From Squalus acanthias (lineage: Eukaryota): a DNA stretch of 64,000 nucleotides. Both the position numbers and the translations under genes were made by a program. The DNA is taken from NCBI GenBank assembly GCA_030390025.1, contig JASTWF010001271.1, forward strand, positions 1-64,000, read 5' to 3'. Shown one piece after another: positions 1 through 25,297 of the stretch (the first letter of the stretch is position 1; every line of letters starts with the position of its first letter). The notes under the pieces were generated by a model. It did not search any database and was not told where the DNA came from. It worked only from the letters and a program-made list of their open reading frames with translations.

Positions 1-2110
1 CTGGGCGGGCTTAACAAGGCCAATCAAGGGAAAATAGCGTGGGTTAGCCAGAGGTCAATGGAGGCGGGACTAAAACCCGACAAGTGGGAGTCCCGCCTCC
101 AAAAGCTCCCCATTGTCAAAATCCAGCTCTCAATCTCCTACCTCCCAACTAATTTCTAACCCAAATCAAAAGGCTACCTACAATTGCGTGCTAATTATGA
201 TTTAGGAATAGTAGGCCATTCAGTCCCTCAAGTCTGTTCACCATTCAATTAGATAATGGATGATTTATATCTTAATTCCATCCAATCGACTTGGTTCCGT
301 AGCCCTTAGTACCCTTGCCAAACCGAAATGTATCAATCTCTGTTTTGAACTATTCAATTGACCCCCAGCATCAACAGATTTTTGGGGGATAGCGCTCGAG
401 ATTTCCACGACCCTTTGTGTAAGGAAGTGCTTCCTGACATCACCCATGAACGGCCTAGCTCTCACTTTAAGGTTATGCCACCTTTTCCTGGACTCTTCAA
501 CCAGAGGAAATAGTTTCTCTCTATCCACCCTATCAAATGCTTTAATCATCTTAAACACCTCGATTGGATTACCCCTTAATCTTCTATATTCAAGGGAATA
601 GATGCCTAGTCTATGCAACATGTCCTCATAATCAAACCCTTTTAGCCCAGGTATCATTCTGATGAATATTGGCCTCCAATATATCCTTCCTGAGGTGCGG
701 TGCCCAGAACTGAATGCAGTCCTCCAGATGGGTCTAACTCGAGCTCTGTGCACTGTAATATAACATCCGCAGTTTGCTCAGCTCAATCCTACCTTCACAT
801 GACGGTGTATTTTTCTTTTAACTCCTGAAGGTTATTTATGCCAGACCCCCTGAAACCCTCTCGTGAACCCCTAGGGGGGCTGCAGACCATGGTTGAGAAT
901 CCCTGGTTTAAGAGTTATGAAAATATTCGAGATGAGGGGGATAAAGGCTGTTTGACTGACAATCAAGCAAAGAACCGGAACCGGCGGACGTGCCGGGAAC
1001 GGTCGGTGAGGCATTCGGGGGTTATGGGGGAAAAGAGGGAGACTGTGGGGGTCAGGTGATTGGGGCTCATGTGGAGGGAAAGAGGGAGCGGGATGGGCGT
1101 GGGGACCAGTATTTTTCTGCAGTGCCGGTGAGTGGGAGCGGCGCTGAGAGAATTTTTATACGGAAAAAATACGCGTGTTCTGTTACAGGGGATCCGTGGA
1201 ATTTTTCGAACAAAGGAGTGGGGCCTCAGAAGCAAAAAGGTTGAGAACCCCTGTGATAAACGAAAGTAAGGGCCTGGGCTTGGCGGCAGTGGCCGCTGTC
1301 CTCTCACAGACGTTCAGGAGCGGGGTGACAGAGGGCCGTGTCGGGGGAGGACCCGCAAGTTTGCTCAGCTCGATCCCACCTTAACACGACGGTGTATTTT
1401 TCTTTTTTTTAAATCCCGGAGGATATTTATGGCGGACCCCCTGAAATCCTCTCGCGGACCCCTGGGGGTGCGGACCCCCGGTTGAGAACCCCTGCATTAG
1501 CTTTTTGTGATTTCTGTACTTAGACCCCTAAATCTCTCTGCTCGCCCACAGTTCCCAGCTTCTCACCATTTAGAAAATACTCTGATCGGTCTTTCTTAGA
1601 TCCAAAATGGATGGCTCACGCTTTCCCACATTGAACTCCTTCTGCCACAGTTTTACCCACTCACTTAATCTATCAATTCCCCTTTGCAACTTTCTGCTCC
1701 CATCTACACTATTTACTGTGTCCCCTAACTTAGTGTCGTCAGCAAAGTAGCATTTTTGCCATTAATCCCTTTGAATGGCTTCTGGAAGTCTTTATAGATA
1801 ACATCCATAGTCACTCCCTTATCTACCTTATTAGTGACCACCTCAAAAAGTTCAACTAGATTAGTCAGACCTGACTTACCCTTAACAAAGCCATGCTGGC
1901 TCTCTGATCAGCTCATCTGACGATGCTAAATTTACAACTTTATTTTACAATTTTCAAAGTAGTTCCTAATTTTTCCTTTTGATGACCTCCAATGGCTTGT
2001 TTTCCCCAACATGAACGCCTGATACGGAGCCCTTTCTACTGTTTTCAAAATAGCCCTACCCTCTCTTCAAATTGATTACCGCACCTCTCCCACCAATCAA
2101 CCCAAAACTA
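1..2110 (-). repeat. Inverted segmental duplication, partner of 25298-27424
   Basis: Same composite of MITE end, CR1 fragments and hAT-like insert with identical junctions; ORFs 265..753 and 26759..27130 are near-identical. Confidence 0.92.
765..1494. mobile_element. hAT-like non-autonomous element(s) interrupting a CR1 fragment; mirrored at ~25917-26660
   Basis: Three GGTTGAGAA(C/T)CCCTG termini (891-905, 1239-1253, 1480-1494), typical of CAGGGGTTCTCAACC hAT TIRs. Confidence 0.6.
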
Positions 2111-2571
2111 ATTAGTTTCTAATGTTGATGCAGACCCTCTGATCTCGGCCAATCTTCTTTTAACTTGGCAGCAAACTGTCTGCGATGTTCCTCATGGTTA
2201 TATTTGACACACACACCTTCCTCCTCCTTCACCACTTGCTCCCTTGTCTACTATATGTCTACTATATGGTTTCTTTATTTCAACCTTATTCTTGAGGATA
2301 TTCATATTTCCCTTTACCCTTCCCTCCCTTTTATACTTCCCTTTAAATATTACCATTATAATCTTAGGTATTTATCACCCCTTTCTGTAGAATTTTAAAT
2401 TTTTCGCTTTTCCTGCAACTTGGATTTTCTGTTGTTGCTTGCTTGGTTTATTGAACTTCGAAATTCAGTGTTAACCTCTGTCCTTGGTGTCTTTTCTGAT
2501 TAATCAACTTTAGCCATCCTCTATTTCAGTTTATAATGCTATATAACGTTGCCAGATCTTGTATTGTTGAT

Positions 2572-3306
2572 ACATAAGAACATAAGAACATAAGAACATA
2601 AGAAATAGGAGCAGGAGTAGGCCAATCGGCCCCTCGAGCATGCTCCGCCATTCAATAAGATCATGGCTGATCTGATCCTAACCGCCAATCTACTATCTAC
2701 TATCACAGAACCATCTCCTGCATCTAACAGAATTGCACACACGAAATCAGGCTACACGGTCCCTGGGCCCGCTCCACTACCCACAGGGCCATGACCGATC
2801 CGAACCTAGACTCATGTCCAAATTCCTGCCCGCTCCCCGTAACCCTTAATGCCCTTTACTTCTAGGAAACTGTCTATTTCTGTTTTAAATTTATTTAATG
2901 ATGTAGCTTCTACAGCTTTTTGTGGCAGCATATTCCATGGACCTACCACCCTCTGAGTGAAGTAGTTCCTCCTCATCTCAGTTTTGAAAGAGCAGCCCCT
3001 TATTCTAAGACTATGTCCCCTAGTTCTAGTCTCACCCGTCATCGGGAACATCCTCCCCGCATCCACCCGATCCAACCCCTTCACAATCTTATATGTTTCA
3101 ATAAGATCGCCTCTCATTCTTCTGAACTCCAATGAGTAGAGTCCCAATCTACCCAACCTCTCCTCATATGACCACCCCCTCATCCCCGGGATTAACCGAG
3201 TGAACCTTTTTTGCACTGCCTCGAGAGCAAGGATGTCTTTCCTTAAGTAAGGACACCAAAACTGTATGCAGTATTCCAGGTGCGGTCTCACCAATACCTT
3301 GTACAA
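2572..3306 (-). mobile_element. CR1 LINE 3' fragment
   Basis: LVRPHLEYC..FW.PY..RRMRGDLIE..WN.LP; tail (cataagaa)n. Confidence 0.9.
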
Positions 3307-4270
3307 CAGTCTTCATTGACCAGTTCTTTCGAAGTTTGTTGGCTCATAAACCCGAAGTTGGGGAAAAAAGCAGCACGGGCAAACTCTTAGAGCAGTGGGG
3401 ATTCACCCTGTTCAATCTCTCTCAACTCTTGCAGCATTCTTTGCTGGTCCATACAGTCCATAAAGATTCACCTGCACTGCTAATGAAAATCTCTTGGGTA
3501 TTTTCAGTTTTAAAGCTGAATGTATTCAATATGTCCACAACATATTGTAAATGGAAACTTCTTGCAACACATTCCACATTTAATGGTATATAGTTCAAAC
3601 CACTTTACTCATTTGTTTTGTCAACCAAACCTCAGTTTTCTCCTTCAGTTGTTGGAATGCTGGTTGATTCGACTCATGTCCTGGGGCTTTTACCCCTTCA
3701 GTTGGTAAACCTAGTTTACAGTCCTTCAAGGACATGAACCCAGTTATAGTTTGGTGCAAATTGTCATTTTGAAAAGTATAAATGCAAAATCCCTGCAAAG
3801 TCAAACTGCTTCTGTTATCTGAGTACAGTAAATATTAAGAGTTTATCGAAAGGTACCACCTTGACTTATCTGTTTTCCACTGATTATCAGCCTCGTTTGT
3901 GTGAATTGGTTATCACACAGTGGTCTGGTGTAATTCCAAAACATCAATAACAAAGCCTCAACTAGTTAATCATTGTGGGTTTTTTTTGCTGTAGATAGAC
4001 ATTGTATCTGGGGCACTTCAATTTACTGTGGCTATTTTGAGTCTCCTCGTGCAGCCTGTATAAAGTGCTGGACTGGACTTGTAGACCAATAGAAACCTCA
4101 ACAATGGAGGCTCCAAATTTTGAAGCATAAAAAATACCATTCCAAATATAATTTTCTGAATAATTTTCAGGAAGGGAGTATAGATAGAAATGTTTTAAAT
4201 CAAATGTGATTGCAATTTTTTACAATTTTACTAATTAATAGGCACACATGACAGTTTGATTGACCTTTAC

Positions 4271-4722
4271 AGTGTCAGCCGTGGCTCAGTGGGTAGCACA
4301 CTCTCGCCTCTGAGTCAGAAGGTTGTGGGTTCAGGTCCCACTCCAGAGACTTGAGCACAAAAATCTAGGCTGAAACTGCAGTGCAGTGCAGAGGGAGTGC
4401 TGCACTGTCAGAGGTGCTGTCTTTCAGATGAGACATTAAACCGCGGTCCTGTCTGCTCTCTCAAGTGGATGTAAAAGATCCCATGGCACTTTTTCGAAGA
4501 AGAGCAGAGGATTCCTGGTCAATAATTATCCCTCAATCAACATAACAAAAACAGATTATTTGGTCATTATCACATTGCTGTTTGTGGGAGCTTTTAGTGT
4601 GCAAATTGGCTGCTGTGTTTCCTGCATTCCTACACTCAAAAAGTACTTCATTGGCTGTGAAGCGCTTTGAGACGTCCGTTGGTTGAGAAAGGCGCTATAT
4701 AAATGCAAATCTTTCTTTTCTT
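4271..4722 (+). mobile_element. tRNA-derived DeuSINE (SacSINE1-like), full length
   Basis: A-box tggctcagtggg, B-box ggttcaggtcc, Deu-domain aaagatcccatggcact, tail aggcgctatataaatgcaa. Confidence 0.8.
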
Positions 4723-5263
4723 AGAAGACCACGGCACCAGGGTTTTTCTTTCCCGGTTTCTCTCCTTCTCAAGGTGCTGATTCTTCCTGGGGTGTAGTCT
4801 CATGAGTGCTGGCAGCTCCCCGCTCACCAAAGTGGCCATTCTTGATGTGTGGGCCTAGACAGTGAGCGTCAACAAGTTAACCATGCCAGCATGATTTTCA
4901 GAAAACCTACAGTATATTCTGGGACTTATGGCCCCATATGTTTGTGCTAAAGATCAGCAACAGTGCTATCTACCAGGAACGTGACAAACCTTTCACCATC
5001 CAATGTAAAGTAAGTGTAAACTACGCACTGCAAATGGCTGAGCATATAATTAGTTTCCCGAGATCTGTTCCGTTTGAGTCAGGCGTGTGCTTAGACAGAG
5101 TTTTCTTTTCCTTCCACTCATCTGCTGCAGGCTCTGGCTCTCTTGTTCTGGTCTCTTACGCATCCCCGATTTTAATCCCTAAACCTCTCTACCTCTCTTT
5201 CCTCCTTTAAGACGCTCCATAAAACCTACCTCTTTGATCAAGCTTTTGGTCATCTGTCCTAAT

Positions 5264-6028
5264 GGGCCAGAAATTCGGCTCTTGTCGGGTGAGTACGTGC
5301 TGTGTACTCACCCGTAAGGCCTCCTGAAGTGTCGGTTTCCTGCATGCACTGCGCATGCGTGGGAAACCGGAACTTCCGTTCCCCTGAAGGAAGGGGTTCA
5401 GAAGTCGAACGCGTGCGCGGGAGAGGCAGCGCGCACGCAGCGAACTTCGTTTTTTTTTTCAGGTTTCTCCGTGAGGGTAAGTATGGAGAAGCTGCACATT
5501 TAAAAAGGAGGCGCAAGGCCTGTTTTTAACAAGGTAAGTGGTTAATTAATTACAATTTAAACATTTTTTCAACAGGTTTATCTTTTTTACATACTTTAAA
5601 CAAAGGTAAGTTTATTTTTAGCACCGTTAAAAAGTTTAATTAATTTTTTCAAAAATTTAAATTTTTGTTTAAGGTAGTTAATTTATGTAATTTATAGTTA
5701 TTTTAAAAATGTGATGGTTTTTTAAAAATTTATTTGAAGTTTTAGTGTGGTTTTGGGGCCGATTGCTATTCATAGATTTGACAGGTCTTCCTGTCAAATC
5801 TATGAATGAAAATTCCCTGCTAGGATTGGCACTCCATGGCCCAGGTGATCCCAGTGGACGCTTCGAACTAACTGCGCCCCTGGGATATGCAAGCACTGCG
5901 CGCCGGCAGCTGCAGGAGGCCCAGGACCCGAATTCATCGTGGGCCTGAAGCACAATGGCAGGCGCGGTAGGTAAGTACGCGCGCGATGCTTGCACCCGCA
6001 GGAAGCCGGAGAGCCGAATTTCTGGCCC
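5264..6028. mobile_element. Harbinger-type MITE with perfect 18-bp TIRs, nested in an older repeat
   Basis: gggccagaaattcggctc ... gagccgaatttctggccc, 3-bp flanks aat/att; the host repeat resumes on both sides. Confidence 0.8.
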
Positions 6029-6674
6029 ATTATCTCCTTATGTGGCTCGGTGTCAAATTTTGTCTGATAATGCTCCTGCGAAGCACCTTGGGAGATTTTA
6101 CTACGTTAAAGGCGCTATATAAATTCAAGTTGTTGTTGTTTCTTCTTGTTGGGGTACAGTTTCTTAAATGGCAGCCACTCTCTGATATCTCCACCAAGTA
6201 TCAATTATTCATGTGTGAAACTTGATTGTGAGTGACACAAGGTTAACAAAGTGAGGAAGTAATTATGGCCAAAATCAAACATGTCACTGGCCAGCATCCA
6301 CTCTTCCAGCAGGATTGCTGTACAGCAATCAGGAGCAGGAACCAAGTCCAATTTTTCCCTTTCCTTGCCCAGGAGTGCTTTGACTAATCGTAGTACTACT
6401 ATCATTGCCTGACTGAGAGCTAACTCAGTATAGACTAGAGATTGAATCTGACTTTATCTCTGATCTATCAGGTGAGGCTGGTTGAAGATTTCTGCTAAGT
6501 ATTCTGTTTACTAAGTCACTGCCTCATTGTGTTGTCTTCGGTATAGAAATATGAGCTTCATCTCGCTGGTTCCGGGATCACATGACTGATTTAAAGCATG
6601 TATTTATATTGATACATTGTGTAAGGACATTATATAGTAATGTAAATTGTGGCAGCAAAGTTCTGAAAATACAG

Positions 6675-6998
6675 AAAGAAAAACTTGCATTTATATAGCG
6701 CCTTTCACGATAACGGTACATCCCAACAAGCTTTACAGCCAATGAAGTACTTTTGAAGTGCAGTCACTATTGTAATGTAGGAAACGTGGCAGCCAATTTG
6801 CACACACCAAGCTCCCACAAACAGCAAAGTGATAATGACCAGATAATCTGTTTTTTGGCGATGTTCATTGAGGAATAAATATTGGCCAGGACACCGGGGA
6901 TAACTCCCCTGCTCTTCTTCGAAATAGTGCCATGCGATCTTTTACGTCCACCTGAGAGAGCAGACGGGACCTCGGTTTAACGTCTCATCTGAAAGACA
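6675..6998 (-). mobile_element. DeuSINE 3' part
   Basis: Reverse complement of the 4271-4722 family. Confidence 0.8.
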
Positions 6999-7189
6999 GA
7001 ACCAACAACACAAACACACAAACTGTGGAACTCTGACTCTTGACCTGCACAAGGCCAGGGGCATGTGAAAGGCCAAGGGACAGTGGAATTTAACTTCAGT
7101 GGGAGTAAATGATGCATTACGGACTGAAATTTTCACTTATGCATTGAAATAAATACTTCAGGGGTTCAACCACTAAATGACACTCATAC

Positions 7190-7797
7190 AAAAGCAAAAT
7201 ACTGCAGATGCTGGAAATCTGAAATAAAAGCAGAAAATGCTGGAAATACTCAGCAGGTCAGGCAGCATCTGTGGAGAGAGAAACAGAGTTAACGTTTCAG
7301 GTCAATGACCCTTCGTCAGAACTGGAAAAAGTTGGAGATGGAACAGGTTTTTAAGCAAGTGTAGGGGCAGGGAAAGGGGGGAGGGGAGGAAAGAACAAAA
7401 GGGAAGGTCTGTGATAGGATGGAAGGCAGGAGAGATTAAGAGACAAAAGGGACGATGGTGCAAGACAAAAGGAGATGGTAATGGGACAAGTTAAGAAACA
7501 AAAGATGACTCTAGATGAAGTGTAAATGGCAGTGGCAGAATGATTGACAGCTGCCATGTGAGAGAGAGTGAAAAAAAAATGAAAACAAAGATAGGGGCAG
7601 AGGTTATGGTCTGAAATTGTTGAACTCGATGTTGAGTCCAGAAGGCTGTAAAGTGCCTAATCGAAAGATGAGGTGCTGTTCCTCGAGCTTACGTTGAGCT
7701 TCATTGGAACAGTGTAAGAGGCCGAGGACGGAGAGGTCAGAGTGGGAGTGGAGCGGAGAATTAAAGTGACAAGTGACCGGAAGCTCGGGGTCACCCT
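7190..7797 (-). mobile_element. Penelope-like element 3' fragment
   Basis: GDPELPVTCHFNSPLHSHSDL..EEQHLIFRLGTLQPSGLNIEFNNFR; same pLTR as 13440-13800. Confidence 0.88.
7288..7322 (-). ncRNA. Minimal type-I hammerhead ribozyme motif in a Penelope pLTR
   Basis: GUU-CUGACGA-AGGGUC AUU GACCU-GAAA-CG-UU-AAC: intact core, stem II and palindromic AACGUU stem III. Confidence 0.7.
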
Positions 7798-7849
7798 TAC
7801 TGTTTGGTTTCATTCTTAAGAGCAACAAATTTTGTTTAATATGAGGGGA

Positions 7850-8890
7850 CAGTGGAAGCTTGTAATGTGTGGAACCTGTGCGATGTAGGAGGTACTGGAT
7901 GCATTGTGCAATTGCATTGAACTCATGTCCAACAAGTGTATCCAACTGCTTGTGTTGAAGCTCAACTTTTCTGAGCTTGAGGAGCTGCAGGCAATACTTT
8001 ATCGAATTTGGGAAACTAAAGGGTTCCTGGAATACACATTCATAGTGGTGGTCAGCCATGTCGAAATTTGGTGACACAAAAGGAAGGGGTTTGGCAAACA
8101 GCACAGAGGTTTATGAAAGACTTCAAGAAGATGTAGACAGGTTAGTGGAACAGGCAGACAGGTGTCAGATGTGGCTAAGTGTGAAATGATGCACTTCGGC
8201 AGAAAAAGCAAGGATGGGGATATACACTCAATGGAAAGACACCAAAAGGTGTGGATGAACAGAAAGACCATGGGACTCAAATGCATAATTCCCTGAAAGT
8301 GTAGGTTTAGGTAATTAAACCCATAAAAAAGGCCAACAGAATTTAGGGTTTTATAAATAAGAGTACAGAATTAGTCATGAATTCATACAAAATATTTGTT
8401 AGGCTCCAGTTAGAGTACAGTGTGGAGTTTCGAGCACCCAACTATAGACAACATAAAAGCCATAAAGAGCGTACAGTGTAGATTCACCCAGATAGTGTCA
8501 GGGAGGGGCGTTATGGTTATGAGGAGCGACTTGAGATACTGGGCTAATTTAGAGTAGAACAGAGAAGGCCAAGAAGAGATTTAATAGGGGAGTGAGTGAC
8601 AAGGGGGTCATCAATTTAAAATCATGTCTGAGGGAATGAGTAGCGAGGTTTGGAGAACTTTCTTTCCGCAGTGGGTTGTTGGAGCATGGAGTGCTTTACC
8701 ACAGAGAATGGTTGAGGCAGACACCATTTCAACTTTGAAGAGAAAAGTGGATAAATATTTGAAACAGAGGATTATACAGGGCAATGGCGAGAGAGTGGGG
8801 CAGTGTGATTAGTTTTGGATTACTGTACCAAAGAGCTGATACAGAGACAATGTGCTGAATGGCCTCCTCCAGTGCTGTAAACATTTATGG
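7850..8890 (+). mobile_element. Old, heavily deleted CR1 LINE remnant
   Basis: Degenerate RT C-terminal motifs and CR1 3' UTR gaatggcctcctcc. Confidence 0.6.
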
Positions 8891-9010
8891 TTTTATTGTT
8901 TTATACATGGCTGCATAACGATAGAAGTAAAAAAAAATTGAATATGTGGAGTTATATTAAATAATTGTAAACAAAGGTTAATTTAACCTTTTAGTAATAA
9001 TGATTTGTGA

Positions 9011-9020
9011 GGTGTCAGCC

Positions 9021-9062
<42 letters not shown>

Positions 9063-9483
9063 GTGGGTTCAAGTCCCACTCCAGAGACTTGAGTACAAAA
9101 ATCTAGGCTGACACTCCAGTGCAGTACTGAGGGAGTGCTGCACTGTCAGCAGTGCCGCCTTTTGGAAGAAACGTTAAATCTGAGGCCCCATCTGCCCTCT
9201 CAGGTGAACGTAAAAGATCCCACGGCACTATTTTGAAGAAGAGCAGGGGAGTTCTCCCCAGTGATCTGGCCAATATTTATCCCTCAACTAACATCACTAA
9301 AACAGATTATCTGGTCATATATTTCATTGCCGTTTGTGGGAGCTTGCTGTGCACAAATAGGCTGCAGCTTTCCCTACGTTACAACAGTGACGATACTTCA
9401 TGAATTACTTCATTGGCTGTAAAGCGCTTTGGGATGTCCTGAGGTTGTGAATGGCGCTATAAAGATGCAAGTTTTTCTTTTTT
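9011..9483 (+). mobile_element. DeuSINE, full length, just upstream of the pgc promoter
   Basis: Same family as 4271-4722. Confidence 0.82.
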
Positions 9484-9689
9484 GTGAACTATATAAATGC
9501 ATGCACAGTTACTTACAGTTTCCCTCCTAATTATAGTTATAATTATAATTTTACTGCAACAATCCAATTATCATCAGAATGGTTCATTGTTGGCTTGTTT
9601 TCAGATGCGAGTCTCCTGACCATTAAATTTTGTTCAAGGTTGACGAAGGTTTAAGTATTTTAAGGTGACTTTGTTTGTATTAAAAAAAG

Positions 9690-9775
9690 AACAATGGAAC
9701 AATTTAGTTTGCGATAAAATGACCTTCATTAGTGCAGTTGAAAAACAAATCGCCTGTTTACTCGCAAGTATAAAA
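9690..9775 (+). promoter_or_regulatory. Proximal promoter of the pepsinogen C-like gene (TATA box TATAAAA at 9769-9775)
   Basis: TATAAAA 100 nt upstream of the ATG, preceded by AACAATG (Sox-like), GATAA, CAGTTG E-box and TGTTTAC (forkhead) motifs. Confidence 0.65.
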
Positions 9776-9868
9776 GCACCCAGACTGCTCCAATCTCCAG
9801 CACAATTCAAGGAATTGTGTGGACCTCTGTTGACTCCAGCATTCCGGGACACCACACCAAGGAACAGA

Positions 9869-24309
<14,441 letters not shown>

Positions 24310-24401
24310 GCTGTGAACCTTCTAACTTACTTCAGTATCTCTCGAAGTAAAGCTGCATCTTCTCCAAGTGATGCCCTGTCTTGACATAAATGATCTTCCT
24401 T

Positions 24402-24584
24402 AATAAACTGATTACAGACAATTCACTTTGAATGTCTATTATGGTAAATGGGGTTTTCTGCTAATATTACCCGGGTTCGCCTTGATTTTACCTACTTTCT
24501 AACAAACCTGTTCGCTGAAATATTTCATTCTTTATTTGATTTTCCCCTGAATGTTACCATATGTTCTTGTGAGTAAACAATAAA
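24402..24584 (+). terminator. Polyadenylation signals of the pepsinogen C-like gene
   Basis: AATAAA at 24402-24407 and 24579-24584; the second is followed by a GT-rich tract. Confidence 0.6.
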
Positions 24585-25297
24585 TACTATCAAAGCATTG
24601 CAAAATACTAATCCTGGTTTGTCTGGTCCTTGTCTTGTTGATGTGCGTTCAAGGATTTGTCAGTGATAGACAAGCACCTATATTCACTGTAAACCTACAG
24701 ATTTTATATTCCAATCATTCTCTGACGTTAAAGTATGTTTTTTCATGTTACACCCAAGTGCTTTTCTTTTACTTCTTCTGACCTACATTGGCTCCCAGTC
24801 CGGCAACGCCTCGATTTTAAAATTCTCATCCTTGTTTTCAAACCCCTCCATGGCCTCACCACTGTAGACTCTCTGTAACCTCCTCCAGCCCTACAAACCT
24901 CCGAGATCTCTGCGTTCCTCCAATTCTGGCCTCTTGCGCATCCCCGATTTTAATCGTTCCACCATTGGCGGTTCAAGTTGCCAGTCTCTGCAGTATTTTG
25001 CTTTCCTCAAGTCAGGATTAGAGAGAATGATACAGCACAGAAGGAGGCCATTCCTACATCGTGCCTGTGCCAGCTCTTTGAAAGAGCTATCCATATAGTC
25101 CCACTCCCCTGCCTTTTCCCCATAGCCCTGCAAATGTTTCCTTTTCAAGTTTAAATCCAATACCCTTCTGTAATGTAGATGTAGAGTAATAATAAAAAAA
25201 TTAACAGATTTATTCCTCATGTTCCCACATTGATCCTCTGGACTACGACTGACCGAGTAAATGAGCCATTCAGATCTGTGGGAAGAAGTAAATCACA

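Noticed and set aside
3307-3470. Exon-like minus-strand stretch (MDCMDQQRMLQELREIEQGESPLL*EFARAAFF...)
   Set aside because: Internal stop, no recognisable homology, and cut by a CR1 insertion.
4271-4345. tRNA genes at SINE heads (also 9011, 34856)
   Set aside because: A/B boxes continue into the SINE body with no proper cloverleaf or acceptor stem.
24604-24665. Hydrophobic frame ILILVCLVLVLLMCVQGFV as the missing exon 1 of pepsinogen A-like copy 1
   Set aside because: No in-frame ATG before the hydrophobic run (stop upstream) and no phase-2 GT donor at the expected place; it coincides with the GT-rich element after the pgc poly(A) signal.
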